The notes beneath the pieces are model-generated. The model saw only the letters and a program-made list of their open reading frames with translations, searched no databases and was not told the origin of the DNA. A DNA stretch of 37,395 nucleotides from a virus (lineage: Duplodnaviria > Heunggongvirae > Uroviricota > Caudoviricetes), in IMG/VR virus record IMGVR_UViG_3300045988_031779, positions 1-37,395 of that record; one strand, 5' to 3'. Positions 24,874 through 32,868 of the stretch are shown here, in pieces (the first letter of the stretch is position 1; each line of letters opens with the position of its first letter). Made by a program: the position numbers and the translations under genes.

Positions 24874-25754
24874 CACTTCACCTCCTGCGGCGGTTCTGGC
24901 AGCGGCATCCAGTACAAGGCGTTCCCTAACCACGATAAAGTGCCGTCGCTCAACTCCACGTATTCCCCTTGTACCTGTCCTGCCATATACTCGCCGTGCT
25001 TTGAATAAATTAAAATCCAATCATCTTGAGCGGGCATTCGCTCACTACAGCTTATCCAACCATCCGGAGTTACCGGAACTTGTGGAATGGCTGTCTGCTC
25101 TCGAACGTCATTAGGCGCTATAGGTTCTGCTGCCAACTGACTGGCATATTTGTTAATGGTAACGATAAGCTCTTGCTCAGCCTCATCCAGACAATCACCG
25201 ATACCTCGCCTGTCACCGTCAAAATCATCGAAATCGGCACGAATCCTGGCAACCTTCAGGATTGCGGACAACACCTCACTAGGAATTGCCGGATAGTTGG
25301 TTGACGTTTCCGCGATTTCCCGAAAATTATTGGTTGACGAATTCTTGTTTTCCCGAAAGTTTCCGGACTGAAGCATGGCGGCGCGGCAGGCGTTCCAGGC
25401 AAATAGTGCGGCTTCTTCCACTGAAGGCGGAGAGTATCGCTCGATAAACGCCTGTGCATTTGACAGCCTCCACTCATGAGGCAATACCGGCGCTGGCGGG
25501 GCGATGCGTCCAAGCAACTTATTTACCTCTTTCGCCATCGCGTCATATTTATCTAAATAGCGATTAGCTTCTAAGCAGACTCGGTGCATCTGATCTGAGT
25601 TAACTCGTTTAACGGGATCTGCTTCCAGCGATGCCAGTGCAATCCGTGCCAGTTCTTCCGCTTCTTCTGCTGGCAGTACAACGTTGCTACCCGGTCCGTA
25701 TGTTTCGCGCCACTGCTTGATTGTCAGCAGTCGCCCTTTGGTAATAGTGATCAT
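24873..25754 (-). CDS. Phage protein with DUF551-like C-terminal domain, 293 aa
   Basis: C-terminal WISCSERMP...LYWMPLPEPP matches the DUF551 signature common in enterobacterial prophages. Confidence 0.55.
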   Translation of the reverse strand: MITITKGRLLTIKQWRETYGPGSNVVLPAEEAEELARIALASLEADPVKRVNSDQMHRVCLEANRYLDKYDAMAKEVNKLLGRIAPPAPVLPHEWRLSNAQAFIERYSPPSVEEAALFAWNACRAAMLQSGNFRENKNSSTNNFREIAETSTNYPAIPSEVLSAILKVARIRADFDDFDGDRRGIGDCLDEAEQELIVTINKYASQLAAEPIAPNDVREQTAIPQVPVTPDGWISCSERMPAQDDWILIYSKHGEYMAGQVQGEYVELSDGTLSWLGNALYWMPLPEPPQEVK

Positions 25755-26266
25755 GCCGCGTTTCCTTCTTTCTTATTAACAATCACACCGTCATATATTT
25801 CATTAAGGTGCCCTCTCAACTCCATGCGCCTTAATGCAGATAACATGTAATCGCATTCAACCTGCTTATTCCCGGTAAATGGCTTATCGTCAGGATTACC
25901 CCAACAGCAATTACCCCTGGGCCATCCATGTACTTTCCGTACTCTTCCGTTAACAACGTGAAGTAATCCCCAGCCGGGAGGTAAATCCTCAACTGAAATA
26001 ATTTCCGGCTCACTAATAAAGAATCGCCAGTCGCCCATGCCAAGTGAGGGATTTTTACGGAAACGCTTTTTTCTATCTGCCAACAAGTCAGCACGAGAAC
26101 ACTTCGCCTCTATCAGGCATGATGCTGAATTTCTGAATCCCATAGCATCTGGCTGTTCTCCGGTACTGGTTACAGCAACAAAGCGGTCATGAAAGCAAAC
26201 CTTGAACCCGTTGCGCTTAAGGAACTTGTACGCAATCTGACAGAGTTCGTGGTGTGTTAACGCCAT
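25751..26266 (-). CDS. Putative PD-(D/E)XK-fold nuclease, 171 aa
   Basis: Motif QPD...CLIEAKCS consistent with a PD-x(n)-E-x-K active site; 4-nt overlap with the next gene. Fold assignment is inference. Confidence 0.4.
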   Translation of the reverse strand: MALTHHELCQIAYKFLKRNGFKVCFHDRFVAVTSTGEQPDAMGFRNSASCLIEAKCSRADLLADRKKRFRKNPSLGMGDWRFFISEPEIISVEDLPPGWGLLHVVNGRVRKVHGWPRGNCCWGNPDDKPFTGNKQVECDYMLSALRRMELRGHLNEIYDGVIVNKKEGNAA

Positions 26267-26267
26267 A

Positions 26268-26843
26268 TCACTCTCCTTTGATGCGAATGTCAGCGACGCG
26301 TAATGCGTGTTCTAGGTCAATCAGGTAAAGCCAACTGCCATTTTCTTTAGGTATCATGACTTGTCGCTCATCTGCATTTATGGGGTGTCCATATCGAAGG
26401 TCGTAGCGAGTCGGTAATTGAACTTCCCGCGCTTCCAGTTCAGCAATACGCTTGCACCCATCAGAGATAACTCCCTCGTAATACTCGCGCTGCTCGTTGA
26501 GTTTTGATTTTGTCTCCTCAAGCTCAACGCGCAGCTTCCCAACCGTAAGCGCAATATCCTCGTTCTCCTGGTCGCGGGATTTGATGTATTGCTGGTTTCT
26601 TTCCCGTTCTTCCAGAAGCGCCTGCACTACTTCAGGGTTGAAAGCTGCGATATAACGAGCGTTGTTCTCTGCGTTTTTCTGTTCGTCGAATCCTGGCCAG
26701 TCGACAATATCTCCGTGATGATTATCACCTGGTGTGTGCACGGCGTACGTGCCGTATTTGCCCGGCGAAATAAATGCGACCCATTCGCCTTGTGTTGCCT
26801 GTTTTGCTATCTCACGCAGTGCCTGGTAATTAATTTCGCTCAC
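26268..26843 (-). CDS. Ead/Ea22-like protein, 191 aa
   Basis: N-terminus MSEINYQALREIAKQATQGEWVA typical of Ead/Ea22-like proteins; coiled-coil centre. Confidence 0.6.
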   Translation of the reverse strand: MSEINYQALREIAKQATQGEWVAFISPGKYGTYAVHTPGDNHHGDIVDWPGFDEQKNAENNARYIAAFNPEVVQALLEERERNQQYIKSRDQENEDIALTVGKLRVELEETKSKLNEQREYYEGVISDGCKRIAELEAREVQLPTRYDLRYGHPINADERQVMIPKENGSWLYLIDLEHALRVADIRIKGE

Positions 26844-27643
26844 TGGTTGCCTCCTTTGCGAAGCTCTGCGGCAAAATCAGTCGCATGCTCACCGAGTAGT
26901 TTCCAGTTATCGCGTATATCAGATGCAAGCGACTGTTCGGATTTTGAGTTACATTTCTGTGCAAACATCTCCAATCCCTGCGCCCGCACTTCAGCCAGGC
27001 ATTTGCGAAACTCGGAAACGTACTGTTCGACGCTCATTCCCCAGCTAAGTGGACATTCATTGAATGTTTCGCCTTCGTGCTCTTCATCAGGTAGCTCTTT
27101 GGTAAAGAACTCACGTTCAATGGCGTGGAGTGTGTCAGCAAAACGACGTAAGTTACTCAAACCTGTCGTAATGGAGAATTCAGGAGCATCACATCCGACG
27201 CCCATCTGCTGATAAACGGCGGTTTTGAAGGCCTTAAGCCCCGCATTCTCCGCTGCCAGCGCCGTGAAATTACCCTCCAGCTCTGCAATGCGCTGTTTTG
27301 CGGTATCAAGTTCAATCGATAATTTTTCCAACTGCTCTTTATGCTTCTTGTATTCCTGATATGCGTGCCAGGACTGACCTTTGCGCACACTATCAGTAAT
27401 ATCAGTAATCTGTTCTGGTGTTAGCGTGGTCAGTGGCTGTGCTGGGAAAATCAGCACTTTCCCGGAATCCCAATCAAAACCAGCGTGAATTGACTGAACC
27501 TCAACTGAGGGTGTTGAACCAATGCTGCCAGGCGAATGAACAACGATCGTTACATCCATATCGCGACGATGGCTGTGGTTGTTGGACAAAATACGATTCA
27601 ACAAAATACGATTCACCAACTCAGAAAATTTGGAGAATTTCAT
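26840..27643 (-). CDS. Ead/Ea22-like coiled-coil protein, about 267 aa
   Basis: Shares the ALAAENAGLKA coiled-coil motif with 28059..28775. Start preferred at ATG 27643 (GAGG 7 nt upstream); track start 27655 is TTG. Confidence 0.5.
   Translation of the reverse strand: MKFSKFSELVNRILLNRILSNNHSHRRDMDVTIVVHSPGSIGSTPSVEVQSIHAGFDWDSGKVLIFPAQPLTTLTPEQITDITDSVRKGQSWHAYQEYKKHKEQLEKLSIELDTAKQRIAELEGNFTALAAENAGLKAFKTAVYQQMGVGCDAPEFSITTGLSNLRRFADTLHAIEREFFTKELPDEEHEGETFNECPLSWGMSVEQYVSEFRKCLAEVRAQGLEMFAQKCNSKSEQSLASDIRDNWKLLGEHATDFAAELRKGGNQ
27586..27615. repeat. Perfect tandem duplication of 15 bp (ACAAAATACGATTCA x2)
   Basis: Direct read; lies in the 5' end of the ORF 26840..27643 and encodes NRILLNRIL. 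Confidence 0.8.
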
Positions 27644-27651
27644 GCGGAGCC

Positions 27652-28062
27652 TCAATATGCAAAATAGACCGTTGCCACGCCGTTATAGTGATCAAACGAT
27701 ACGGCGTTTACTTCATAACTGGCCGGGAGCTTCGAGCCAAGAACGTATCCGGGCCACGTTTTCCATGGAATTTCTCTATTCTCACTACCCCCATATACCG
27801 TACATCCAAGTGAACCTACAGCTTCATTAGAACGCGTGCCGCACGTTATGAATCCCAGATTTTGCTTACTGCTCTTAATGGTGATTGAGTGAACGCTGGC
27901 TGATGCATTAGCAGCACGCTGTGCCTGTTGGTTTGCGATATTCGCAGAGTTCGCAGCAGCTACAGCAGCCGTAGTCGCGGCGGTAGAGGCTACAATAGCT
28001 GCTGAAGCATGCACTTGTTGGATATTCACCAACAATGCCGCGATAAAAATCATCTTCTTCAC
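27652..28062 (-). CDS. Secreted protein with signal peptide and Ala/Thr/Asn-rich low-complexity region, 136 aa
   Basis: N-terminus MKKMIFIAALLVNIQQVHA is Sec-signal-like; C-terminal domain with two Cys; no family recognised. Confidence 0.5.
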   Translation of the reverse strand: MKKMIFIAALLVNIQQVHASAAIVASTAATTAAVAAANSANIANQQAQRAANASASVHSITIKSSKQNLGFITCGTRSNEAVGSLGCTVYGGSENREIPWKTWPGYVLGSKLPASYEVNAVSFDHYNGVATVYFAY

Positions 28063-28775
28063 TTGTCAGCTCCTTTGCGAATCTGTTCCGCCCATTCTTC
28101 AAGGGATTTCTCCGCATATTCACCAGACAGGCCATCAATCGGATGCGCTTCATTAGCCAACTCTTCTTTCGCTGACAAAATCATGCGTGTAACGTCGAAA
28201 ACTTCACGCAAAGACTTATTGATAAATCCGTGATTGAACGCAGCAGCAAGACGGCTGGCGGTATAGTTAACTCCCTCGTTGCGTGCTTCCGCACGAATTT
28301 CAGCCATGAAAGCGTCGGTGGCTGGGGTTTCGATATTAGGCAGAAGCGCATAATCGCAAATCGTATCGATCGCAGGATCACAACAGTCATCCTCGTTGCG
28401 TGGTCGTTCGCCAACCTTCGTTGACGATTGCATGATGATTCCCCAGCAAATACTATCGACCTCTTCGCTCCATCCATCGCAAGCATCACCGCGATAGTCG
28501 TCGATTGCAGCCTCAGCCGATTCGATAGCTTCCTCAGCAGTTTTGTGCCATTCGAAATTATGCTCAGAGCCATATGAGAAATATGAATGTCCCGCCTTCA
28601 GCCCCGCATTCTCCGCCGCCAGCGCATTAGCACGCACCAGTTGCACTTCCAGTTGCGTTGCCAAATCGCTGATCAGCTTTGCCACACTGCGCATATCAAC
28701 GGCACCACATTCTGCTTTCAGTTCCGAAGCCATCTCATGCCCGGCGGAAACTAACCCTTTGATATTACTTTCCAT
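28059..28775 (-). CDS. Ead/Ea22-like protein, 238 aa
   Basis: Coiled-coil ALAAENAGLKA motif shared with 26840..27643; acidic and Trp-rich C-terminal region. Confidence 0.55.
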   Translation of the reverse strand: MESNIKGLVSAGHEMASELKAECGAVDMRSVAKLISDLATQLEVQLVRANALAAENAGLKAGHSYFSYGSEHNFEWHKTAEEAIESAEAAIDDYRGDACDGWSEEVDSICWGIIMQSSTKVGERPRNEDDCCDPAIDTICDYALLPNIETPATDAFMAEIRAEARNEGVNYTASRLAAAFNHGFINKSLREVFDVTRMILSAKEELANEAHPIDGLSGEYAEKSLEEWAEQIRKGADK

Positions 28776-28836
28776 CTTTACCCTCGCTTATCCACATAAC
28801 TTATTGATTACATTGATAACTAAAAAGATCGTCGAT

Positions 28837-29184
28837 TCAGAACTCTTCGATGTTCCAGCCACCACCTGCTTTCTTTGGCTTAACCGTTACCCCGATGATT
28901 CGGAACGGATACTGATCTGCGGCGACTTTGGTTTTCACTCTGGCGTCATCGGTCCAGAATCCCCCTTTCACTTCGTGCAGTTCCACCTCGCCGGTGGCGA
29001 GCATCACAGCAAAATCTGGCGTATAGAACGTGTTGTCAGCTAACCGCAGCTTGATACCCTCAAATCGATACCAGACGATTTCTCCTGCACGTTTACGCAG
29101 CTCAAGGTGCTGGCAATACGCAGATTCTGTTTTGTTCATCTGGCCTGTTTTGAGTCGACCAAGAGCCTGCATCTGTTTTCTCAT
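28837..29184 (-). CDS. DUF1064-like putative PD-(D/E)XK nuclease, 115 aa
   Basis: Motifs YTPDF and ELHEVKG fit a D...E-x-K nuclease core; first gene downstream of the replication genes. Confidence 0.45.
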   Translation of the reverse strand: MRKQMQALGRLKTGQMNKTESAYCQHLELRKRAGEIVWYRFEGIKLRLADNTFYTPDFAVMLATGEVELHEVKGGFWTDDARVKTKVAADQYPFRIIGVTVKPKKAGGGWNIEEF

Positions 29185-29186
29185 GA

Positions 29187-29203
29187 TTTACCCCTTAGGT
29201 AAT
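29187..29203. promoter_or_regulatory. Operator-like palindrome site 7: TTTACC-cctta-GGTAAT
   Basis: 4-20 nt upstream of the start codon at 29184. Confidence 0.45.
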
Positions 29204-29248
29204 TAAAAACCACATAAGACACGAAATCAATAGATTTTAGAATATTTT

Positions 29249-29265
29249 ATTACCCCTAAGGTAAT
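29249..29265. promoter_or_regulatory. Operator-like palindrome site 8: ATTACC-cctaa-GGTAAT
   Basis: Perfect palindrome about 45 bp from site 7, in the gap between the P-like gene and the DUF1064-like gene. Confidence 0.5.
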
Positions 29266-29302
29266 TATCGAGACGTAAAAAAAATGCGCTATCGCGCTGG
29301 TA

Positions 29303-30103
29303 TTACTTGATAAATCCTGACGCCTTTCCCCGCCTGTATTCCTCCATCAGCCACTGCGCCGGTGTTATTCCCCCAAGGGTGGCGGCGTTAGGCATGCACC
29401 CGAAACTTCGCCCTGGTGGATGGTAAACGTCTCTCCCTGTGTCCGGAGGCGTACTCATGGGTTCTGGCTTTGCCTGTATGCTGATCACCGGATCGGGTAT
29501 CTGCTGTCCGGAAGCCACCTTTTTCGCCCAATCATCGAGCAGCCTGCGCGCGTGTTTCTCAACCTCAATCTCGCTAAGCTGGCGCTGATACATTGCACGG
29601 CGGGTATCACATACGACCCAGTACATAACCGGATGTCGCCACGGGAATCTTTCGGGACCACCAGGATATAAACTTTTTTCCTTGCTGTACCGGTGAAACT
29701 CCGCCATCACATCGTCAATGGTGACGCCAAGAACCATCTTGCTGTCTTTACACCACTTGATGAATTGCCCTGGCGACGGCCAGAACGGAGACTCACTGGC
29801 GCGGGCGTGGCGCATACCAGCAGAAACCTGTTCACGGGTTCGGATCCCACCTTCGGCAAACGCAGCAATCCACTGCTGTTTTGCAGCAACTTCCTGCTCT
29901 GGCGTCTTCAGGTTGGTTACCACTGCCGCCGGAAACAGTTGTTTCAGCTGTTTGAAAAGGGCATCAACAAGCCTCTCTGCTGACATGTTCACCACGTTGT
30001 CATTGTTGGTGTACTGATGCTCATAACCTGACATGCGAGAAAGGGCTTCTCCGTCACGGTTTTGTATCGCGGTAAAAACGTTGTTCACAAGAAATCCTCC
30101 CAT
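29303..30103 (-). CDS. Replication protein P-like helicase loader, 266 aa
   Basis: Segment KQQWIAAFAEGGIRTREQVSAGMRHARASESPFWPSPGQFIKWC aligns by eye with lambda P (RRQWVLAFRENGITTMEQVNAGMRVARRQNRPFLPSPGQFVAWC); directly follows the O-like gene. The start overlaps the O-like gene by 19 nt and may be downstream. Confidence 0.7.
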   Translation of the reverse strand: MGGFLVNNVFTAIQNRDGEALSRMSGYEHQYTNNDNVVNMSAERLVDALFKQLKQLFPAAVVTNLKTPEQEVAAKQQWIAAFAEGGIRTREQVSAGMRHARASESPFWPSPGQFIKWCKDSKMVLGVTIDDVMAEFHRYSKEKSLYPGGPERFPWRHPVMYWVVCDTRRAMYQRQLSEIEVEKHARRLLDDWAKKVASGQQIPDPVISIQAKPEPMSTPPDTGRDVYHPPGRSFGCMPNAATLGGITPAQWLMEEYRRGKASGFIK

Positions 30104-30924
30104 GCTTCAGGGCTGTTCCAGTGCGGAACGTTGTTATCAGGTAATGTTGATTGCTTCTGTCTGCTAATCTGCAGCCGCCTTGCCAGCTTCTGCTCCCACT
30201 GTGCCTGATGGTATGCCTTACCCTCAGCCATCCAGTAAATTCTGAACTCTGCAAGTTCCTGTGCCGTTGGCAGACTGTCCAGGTAGATCCCCTGCAATGA
30301 GCTTTTCCGAAGAAAGTCATCTGATGGCTGCCATTGTTCATGCATGACAAATTTGCCTAATTGCCCTGGCCCACCAGGAGGAACAAAGTTATTCATCACG
30401 GCGTTGTTTGCGCCGGGGTCATGATGCACAGAATCCCCGTTTTTTGTCCTGCTCTCCCTCTCTTGGTTAAATGACTGGTTATATGACTGGTTCTGGATCC
30501 CGTTTTTGGGATCATTCAACATCCCGTTTTTGGGATCATTCAACATCCCGTTTTTGGGATCATTCAACATCCCGTTTTTGGGTATATTCCCGTTTTCGGT
30601 AACATTACCGTTTTCGGGTTCATTGCCCCCCTCTCGGTTGCCTTTAATGTTCCCGTTTTTGGTTATATTAAGAGAGAAAACCCGCACTCTTTTTGTCGCT
30701 CCCTTTCTCTCCCCGGTATCTGAAATAAGCCCCATTTTCATGAGCGATATAAGTCCGGCCTGCACGGTTTTTTTATTCAGGCAAGTGTCTTTAACGAGGC
30801 GTTCTATGCTGGGGTAGCAGAGGTTATATTCATCGGCTCTGTCAGCCATCGAGAGCAGTATGAGCTTTAATGACGAGCTACCTGGATCTGTCTCCCAGGC
30901 CCAATCTGTTGCATGTCTGCTCAT
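30085..30924 (-). CDS. Replication initiator (lambda O-like, helix-turn-helix N-terminus) containing origin iterons, 279 aa
   Basis: ATG at 30924 with GGAG 8 nt upstream; N-terminal DNA-binding-like region; internal peptide repeats PKNGMLND encoded by the DNA iterons; position upstream of the P-like gene. Confidence 0.65.
   Translation of the reverse strand: MSRHATDWAWETDPGSSSLKLILLSMADRADEYNLCYPSIERLVKDTCLNKKTVQAGLISLMKMGLISDTGERKGATKRVRVFSLNITKNGNIKGNREGGNEPENGNVTENGNIPKNGMLNDPKNGMLNDPKNGMLNDPKNGIQNQSYNQSFNQERESRTKNGDSVHHDPGANNAVMNNFVPPGGPGQLGKFVMHEQWQPSDDFLRKSSLQGIYLDSLPTAQELAEFRIYWMAEGKAYHQAQWEQKLARRLQISRQKQSTLPDNNVPHWNSPEAWEDFL
30496..30664. repeat. Origin-like iteron array: core CCGTTTT(T/C)GG, four copies at 24-bp period plus three degenerate copies
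   Basis: Direct read: ATCCCGTTTTTGGGATCATTCAAC repeated with 24-bp periodicity from about 30498, then copies at about 30591, 30609 and 30653; A/T-rich segment follows. Confidence 0.7.
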
Positions 30925-30939
30925 GATTAATCTCCGCTA

Positions 30940-31140
30940 TCAGCTTGAATGTTGTGGGGAGGAATTAATCATGATCTGCTTAATCTCTGCCCTGATACGA
31001 CGGTTTGATTCCATGGTGCACTCAACACAGTGTCCGTTGTAAACCCAGCGTTCACTGTCATGTCCGTGCTTACATGTTTTTCCGGTGTAGTAGCGTTTAA
31101 GTCCGCGCTTTGCGGCATCAATACGTGTAATGATTTCCAT
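30940..31140 (-). CDS. Small zinc-ribbon protein, about 66 aa
   Basis: Start preferred at ATG 31140 (AGGG upstream) rather than the track start 31203; Cys/His cluster CKHGHDSERWVYNGHCVEC; sits between the cro-like and O-like genes where lambdoid phages carry cII. Confidence 0.4.
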   Translation of the reverse strand: MEIITRIDAAKRGLKRYYTGKTCKHGHDSERWVYNGHCVECTMESNRRIRAEIKQIMINSSPQHSS

Positions 31141-31219
31141 GGTAAGCCCTGTTATTAGTATTGGGATTACGGTCATTTTGTGCTGACACAAAAAAAAGAT
31201 CAACCAGATTTGGTTTTTT

Positions 31220-31236
31220 ATTACCTTTGAGGTACG
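31220..31236. promoter_or_regulatory. Operator-like palindrome site 9: ATTACC-tttga-GGTACG
   Basis: One mismatched half-site; in the gap between the cro-like gene end and the zinc-ribbon gene. Confidence 0.35.
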
Positions 31237-31290
31237 AATAGATATGAAAAGACCGCCGGATGGCGGTCTACAGAGGGTTGTGGCTGGATA

Positions 31291-31521
31291 TCATGAGTAG
31301 AAGAAGTATGCCAATTCTGCTTTTGAGCGCAGCCATTGTCTTGTTTTACAGGCTTTAAAAAGCCCATTCATCAATACCTTACCTGGCATTTTGCGCTTAC
31401 CTGTTAAGTGAGTCTGGATATAGTGACTCGTCGTTCCGGCTTCCTGTGCGAAGGCTTCACGCTCATCCGGAGTAAGTGCAAGCCAGTGCTTTTTGAAATC
31501 GAAATGTCCGTTATCGCTCAT
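31291..31521 (-). CDS. Cro/CII-like small helix-turn-helix regulator, 76 aa
   Basis: Divergent from the repressor gene across the operator cluster; HTH-like segment EREAFAQEAGTTSHYIQTHLTGKR. Confidence 0.5.
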   Translation of the reverse strand: MSDNGHFDFKKHWLALTPDEREAFAQEAGTTSHYIQTHLTGKRKMPGKVLMNGLFKACKTRQWLRSKAELAYFFYS

Positions 31522-31556
31522 AGCTATTGCCTGATATTTATTTCAGATAATAAATA

Positions 31557-31621
31557 TTCACCCATAAGGTAACAAAAATCAAGGATAGTTACCTATGAGG
31601 TGCATTTACCTGTTGGGTAAT
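31557..31621. promoter_or_regulatory. Cluster of three operator-like sites in the repressor/cro divergent region
   Basis: TTCACC-cataa-GGTAAC (31557..31573), GTTACC-tatga-GGTGCA (31588..31604, weakest), TTTACC-tgttg-GGTAAT (31605..31621). Confidence 0.55.
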
Positions 31622-31675
31622 ATTGCTTTAAATTGAATCATCTACTGATTCATATATGAGGCGATTTTCCAGAAA

Positions 31676-32260
31676 ATGAAAAGTATCCAGGACGTCCGCA
31701 GGCAAAATCTCAACGACTTGATCGACCGTGAATTCAATGGTGTTCAGACGCGGATGGCAGAAAAACTTGGAACTCAGGCAAATCTGGTAAACCGCTGGGC
31801 TCTTGGCAAGAAGGTTATCGGCGACCAGGTTGCACGAAAAATTGAAGCTGCCGCCAATAAACCCCGTAACTGGCTTGATATCGATCGCTCGCTTTCTCAG
31901 GAAGGTTTTCAGCCTGTCGGCCCAAGCGACATTGGTCAGCTGGCGGCTCACAACCTGGAACGCTGGATGAGCGAAAGCCGCGACCTTTCAACGCAGGGAA
32001 AACTTCACCGCGCATCCGGCGTCGCCCAGGTGACAATCAGTCGCCTGTTAAACAATGAGGTCAGCGTTTCCATTTCCACCCTGGAGAATGTTGCATCCGC
32101 ATTCGGGCGTCACGGCTATGAATTACTGATTCACCCGCACGACCCTGCGACCATCAACTATGACCGCTCGCGCTACGCATTGTTACCCGAAACCGAGAAA
32201 GCAAAGATCGAAAGTTACATTGAATTTGTCATCAACCAGAACGAAAAAAACAAACAATAA
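31676..32260 (+). CDS. Prophage repressor, tandem helix-turn-helix type, no recognisable LexA-like peptidase domain, 194 aa
   Basis: Two HTH-like segments (VQTRMAEKLGTQANLVNRW and ASGVAQVTISRLLNNE); no Ala-Gly cleavage site or Ser/Lys dyad region seen; divergent from the cro-like gene; followed by a strong terminator. Confidence 0.6.
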   Translation: MKSIQDVRRQNLNDLIDREFNGVQTRMAEKLGTQANLVNRWALGKKVIGDQVARKIEAAANKPRNWLDIDRSLSQEGFQPVGPSDIGQLAAHNLERWMSESRDLSTQGKLHRASGVAQVTISRLLNNEVSVSISTLENVASAFGRHGYELLIHPHDPATINYDRSRYALLPETEKAKIESYIEFVINQNEKNKQ

Positions 32261-32281
32261 AATCATACTTTTCAGTAAGTA

Positions 32282-32304
32282 AGCCGCCTTCTGGCGGCTT
32301 TTTT
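32282..32304 (+). terminator. Intrinsic terminator (AGCCGCC-ttct-GGCGGCT followed by TTTTTT)
   Basis: 7-bp GC stem with a 6-T tail immediately downstream of the repressor gene. Confidence 0.65.
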
Positions 32305-32316
32305 ATTGCCTATACT

Positions 32317-32333
32317 ATTACCTAATGGGTAAT
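32317..32333. promoter_or_regulatory. Operator-like palindrome site 13: ATTACC-taatg-GGTAAT
   Basis: Perfect palindrome between the repressor terminator and the rightward early promoter. Confidence 0.5.
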
Positions 32334-32351
32334 TTTTTTAACTCATATCTA

Positions 32352-32395
32352 TTGACATCAAACCAAATACGCATAATTATTACCTCAACGGTAAC
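32352..32395 (+). promoter_or_regulatory. Rightward early promoter candidate (TTGACA, 17 bp, AATTAT) overlapped by operator-like site 14 (ATTACC-tcaac-GGTAAC, 32379..32395)
   Basis: Consensus -35 at 32352..32357, -10-like AATTAT at 32375..32380, palindrome overlapping the -10 and start region. Confidence 0.5.
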
Positions 32396-32413
32396 AGACC
32401 GAGGTAGCAAGTT

Positions 32414-32566
32414 ATGCAGTGGAAAATCATCAACGGTTGGTACTGCGTTACTGCATGCGGATTCATGAGCTGGAAGTTCCGCACCTTACAGGAAGGCATT
32501 AAGTGGGCTTTCGTCAGCAAAGAAGCTCGCGATGTAGCCAACGATAACGAGATATGGGAGGGCTGA
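32414..32566 (+). CDS. Possible small protein, 50 aa, first ORF of the rightward early operon
   Basis: ATG at 32414 (translation MQWKIINGWYCVTACGF...), weak GAGG upstream; below the ORF-track size cutoff. Low confidence. Confidence 0.3.
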   Translation: MQWKIINGWYCVTACGFMSWKFRTLQEGIKWAFVSKEARDVANDNEIWEG

Positions 32567-32568
32567 TA

Positions 32569-32868
32569 ATGAACGTTAATCAGCAGAAAAATCTTCAAAA
32601 AATCATGCTGGCATTCGACAAGGACTACCGCCTGTCAGAACAGCTATATGACCGACAAGTTGAACTGATTGAGAGCATCCGACTTCATCAACTGTCCTCA
32701 ACTTTCGACGTTGTAACAGGCAAAGGCGTTCGTCAGGAAGTACTGGAGGCTGCTAAAGACAGCCCTGAGTTCGAAGAACTGATGGATGCCTATCGGCGAG
32801 AGGCAATGGCAATTATCGCCCGCTGGGATCTGGCGGATCAGCTTGATGGACAGAGGGACGCGGCATGA
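32569..32868 (+). CDS. Hypothetical protein, 99 aa
   Basis: ATG at 32569 with GGGAGGG 8 nt upstream (track ORF starts earlier in the same frame); ATGA-coupled to the exonuclease gene. Confidence 0.5.
   Translation: MNVNQQKNLQKIMLAFDKDYRLSEQLYDRQVELIESIRLHQLSSTFDVVTGKGVRQEVLEAAKDSPEFEELMDAYRREAMAIIARWDLADQLDGQRDAA

Noticed and set aside
24180-29184. Search for a lysis cassette (holin, endolysin, spanin) in the early-to-late boundary region
   Set aside because: None of the ORFs shows a holin-like dual-TM small protein followed by a lysozyme or amidase signature; the two signal-peptide proteins do not look like endolysins. Lysis genes are probably beyond the window start, after the tailspike.
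30597-30610. GGTAAC-ATTACC, which contains both operator half-sites
   Set aside because: The half-sites are in the opposite relative order with no 5-bp spacer and lie inside the iteron array; not counted as an operator copy.
30496-30664. Regular 24-bp direct repeats that could superficially suggest a CRISPR array
   Set aside because: There are no unique spacers of CRISPR length between repeats, the repeats are in frame within the O-like gene, and no cas genes are nearby. Origin iterons are the better explanation.
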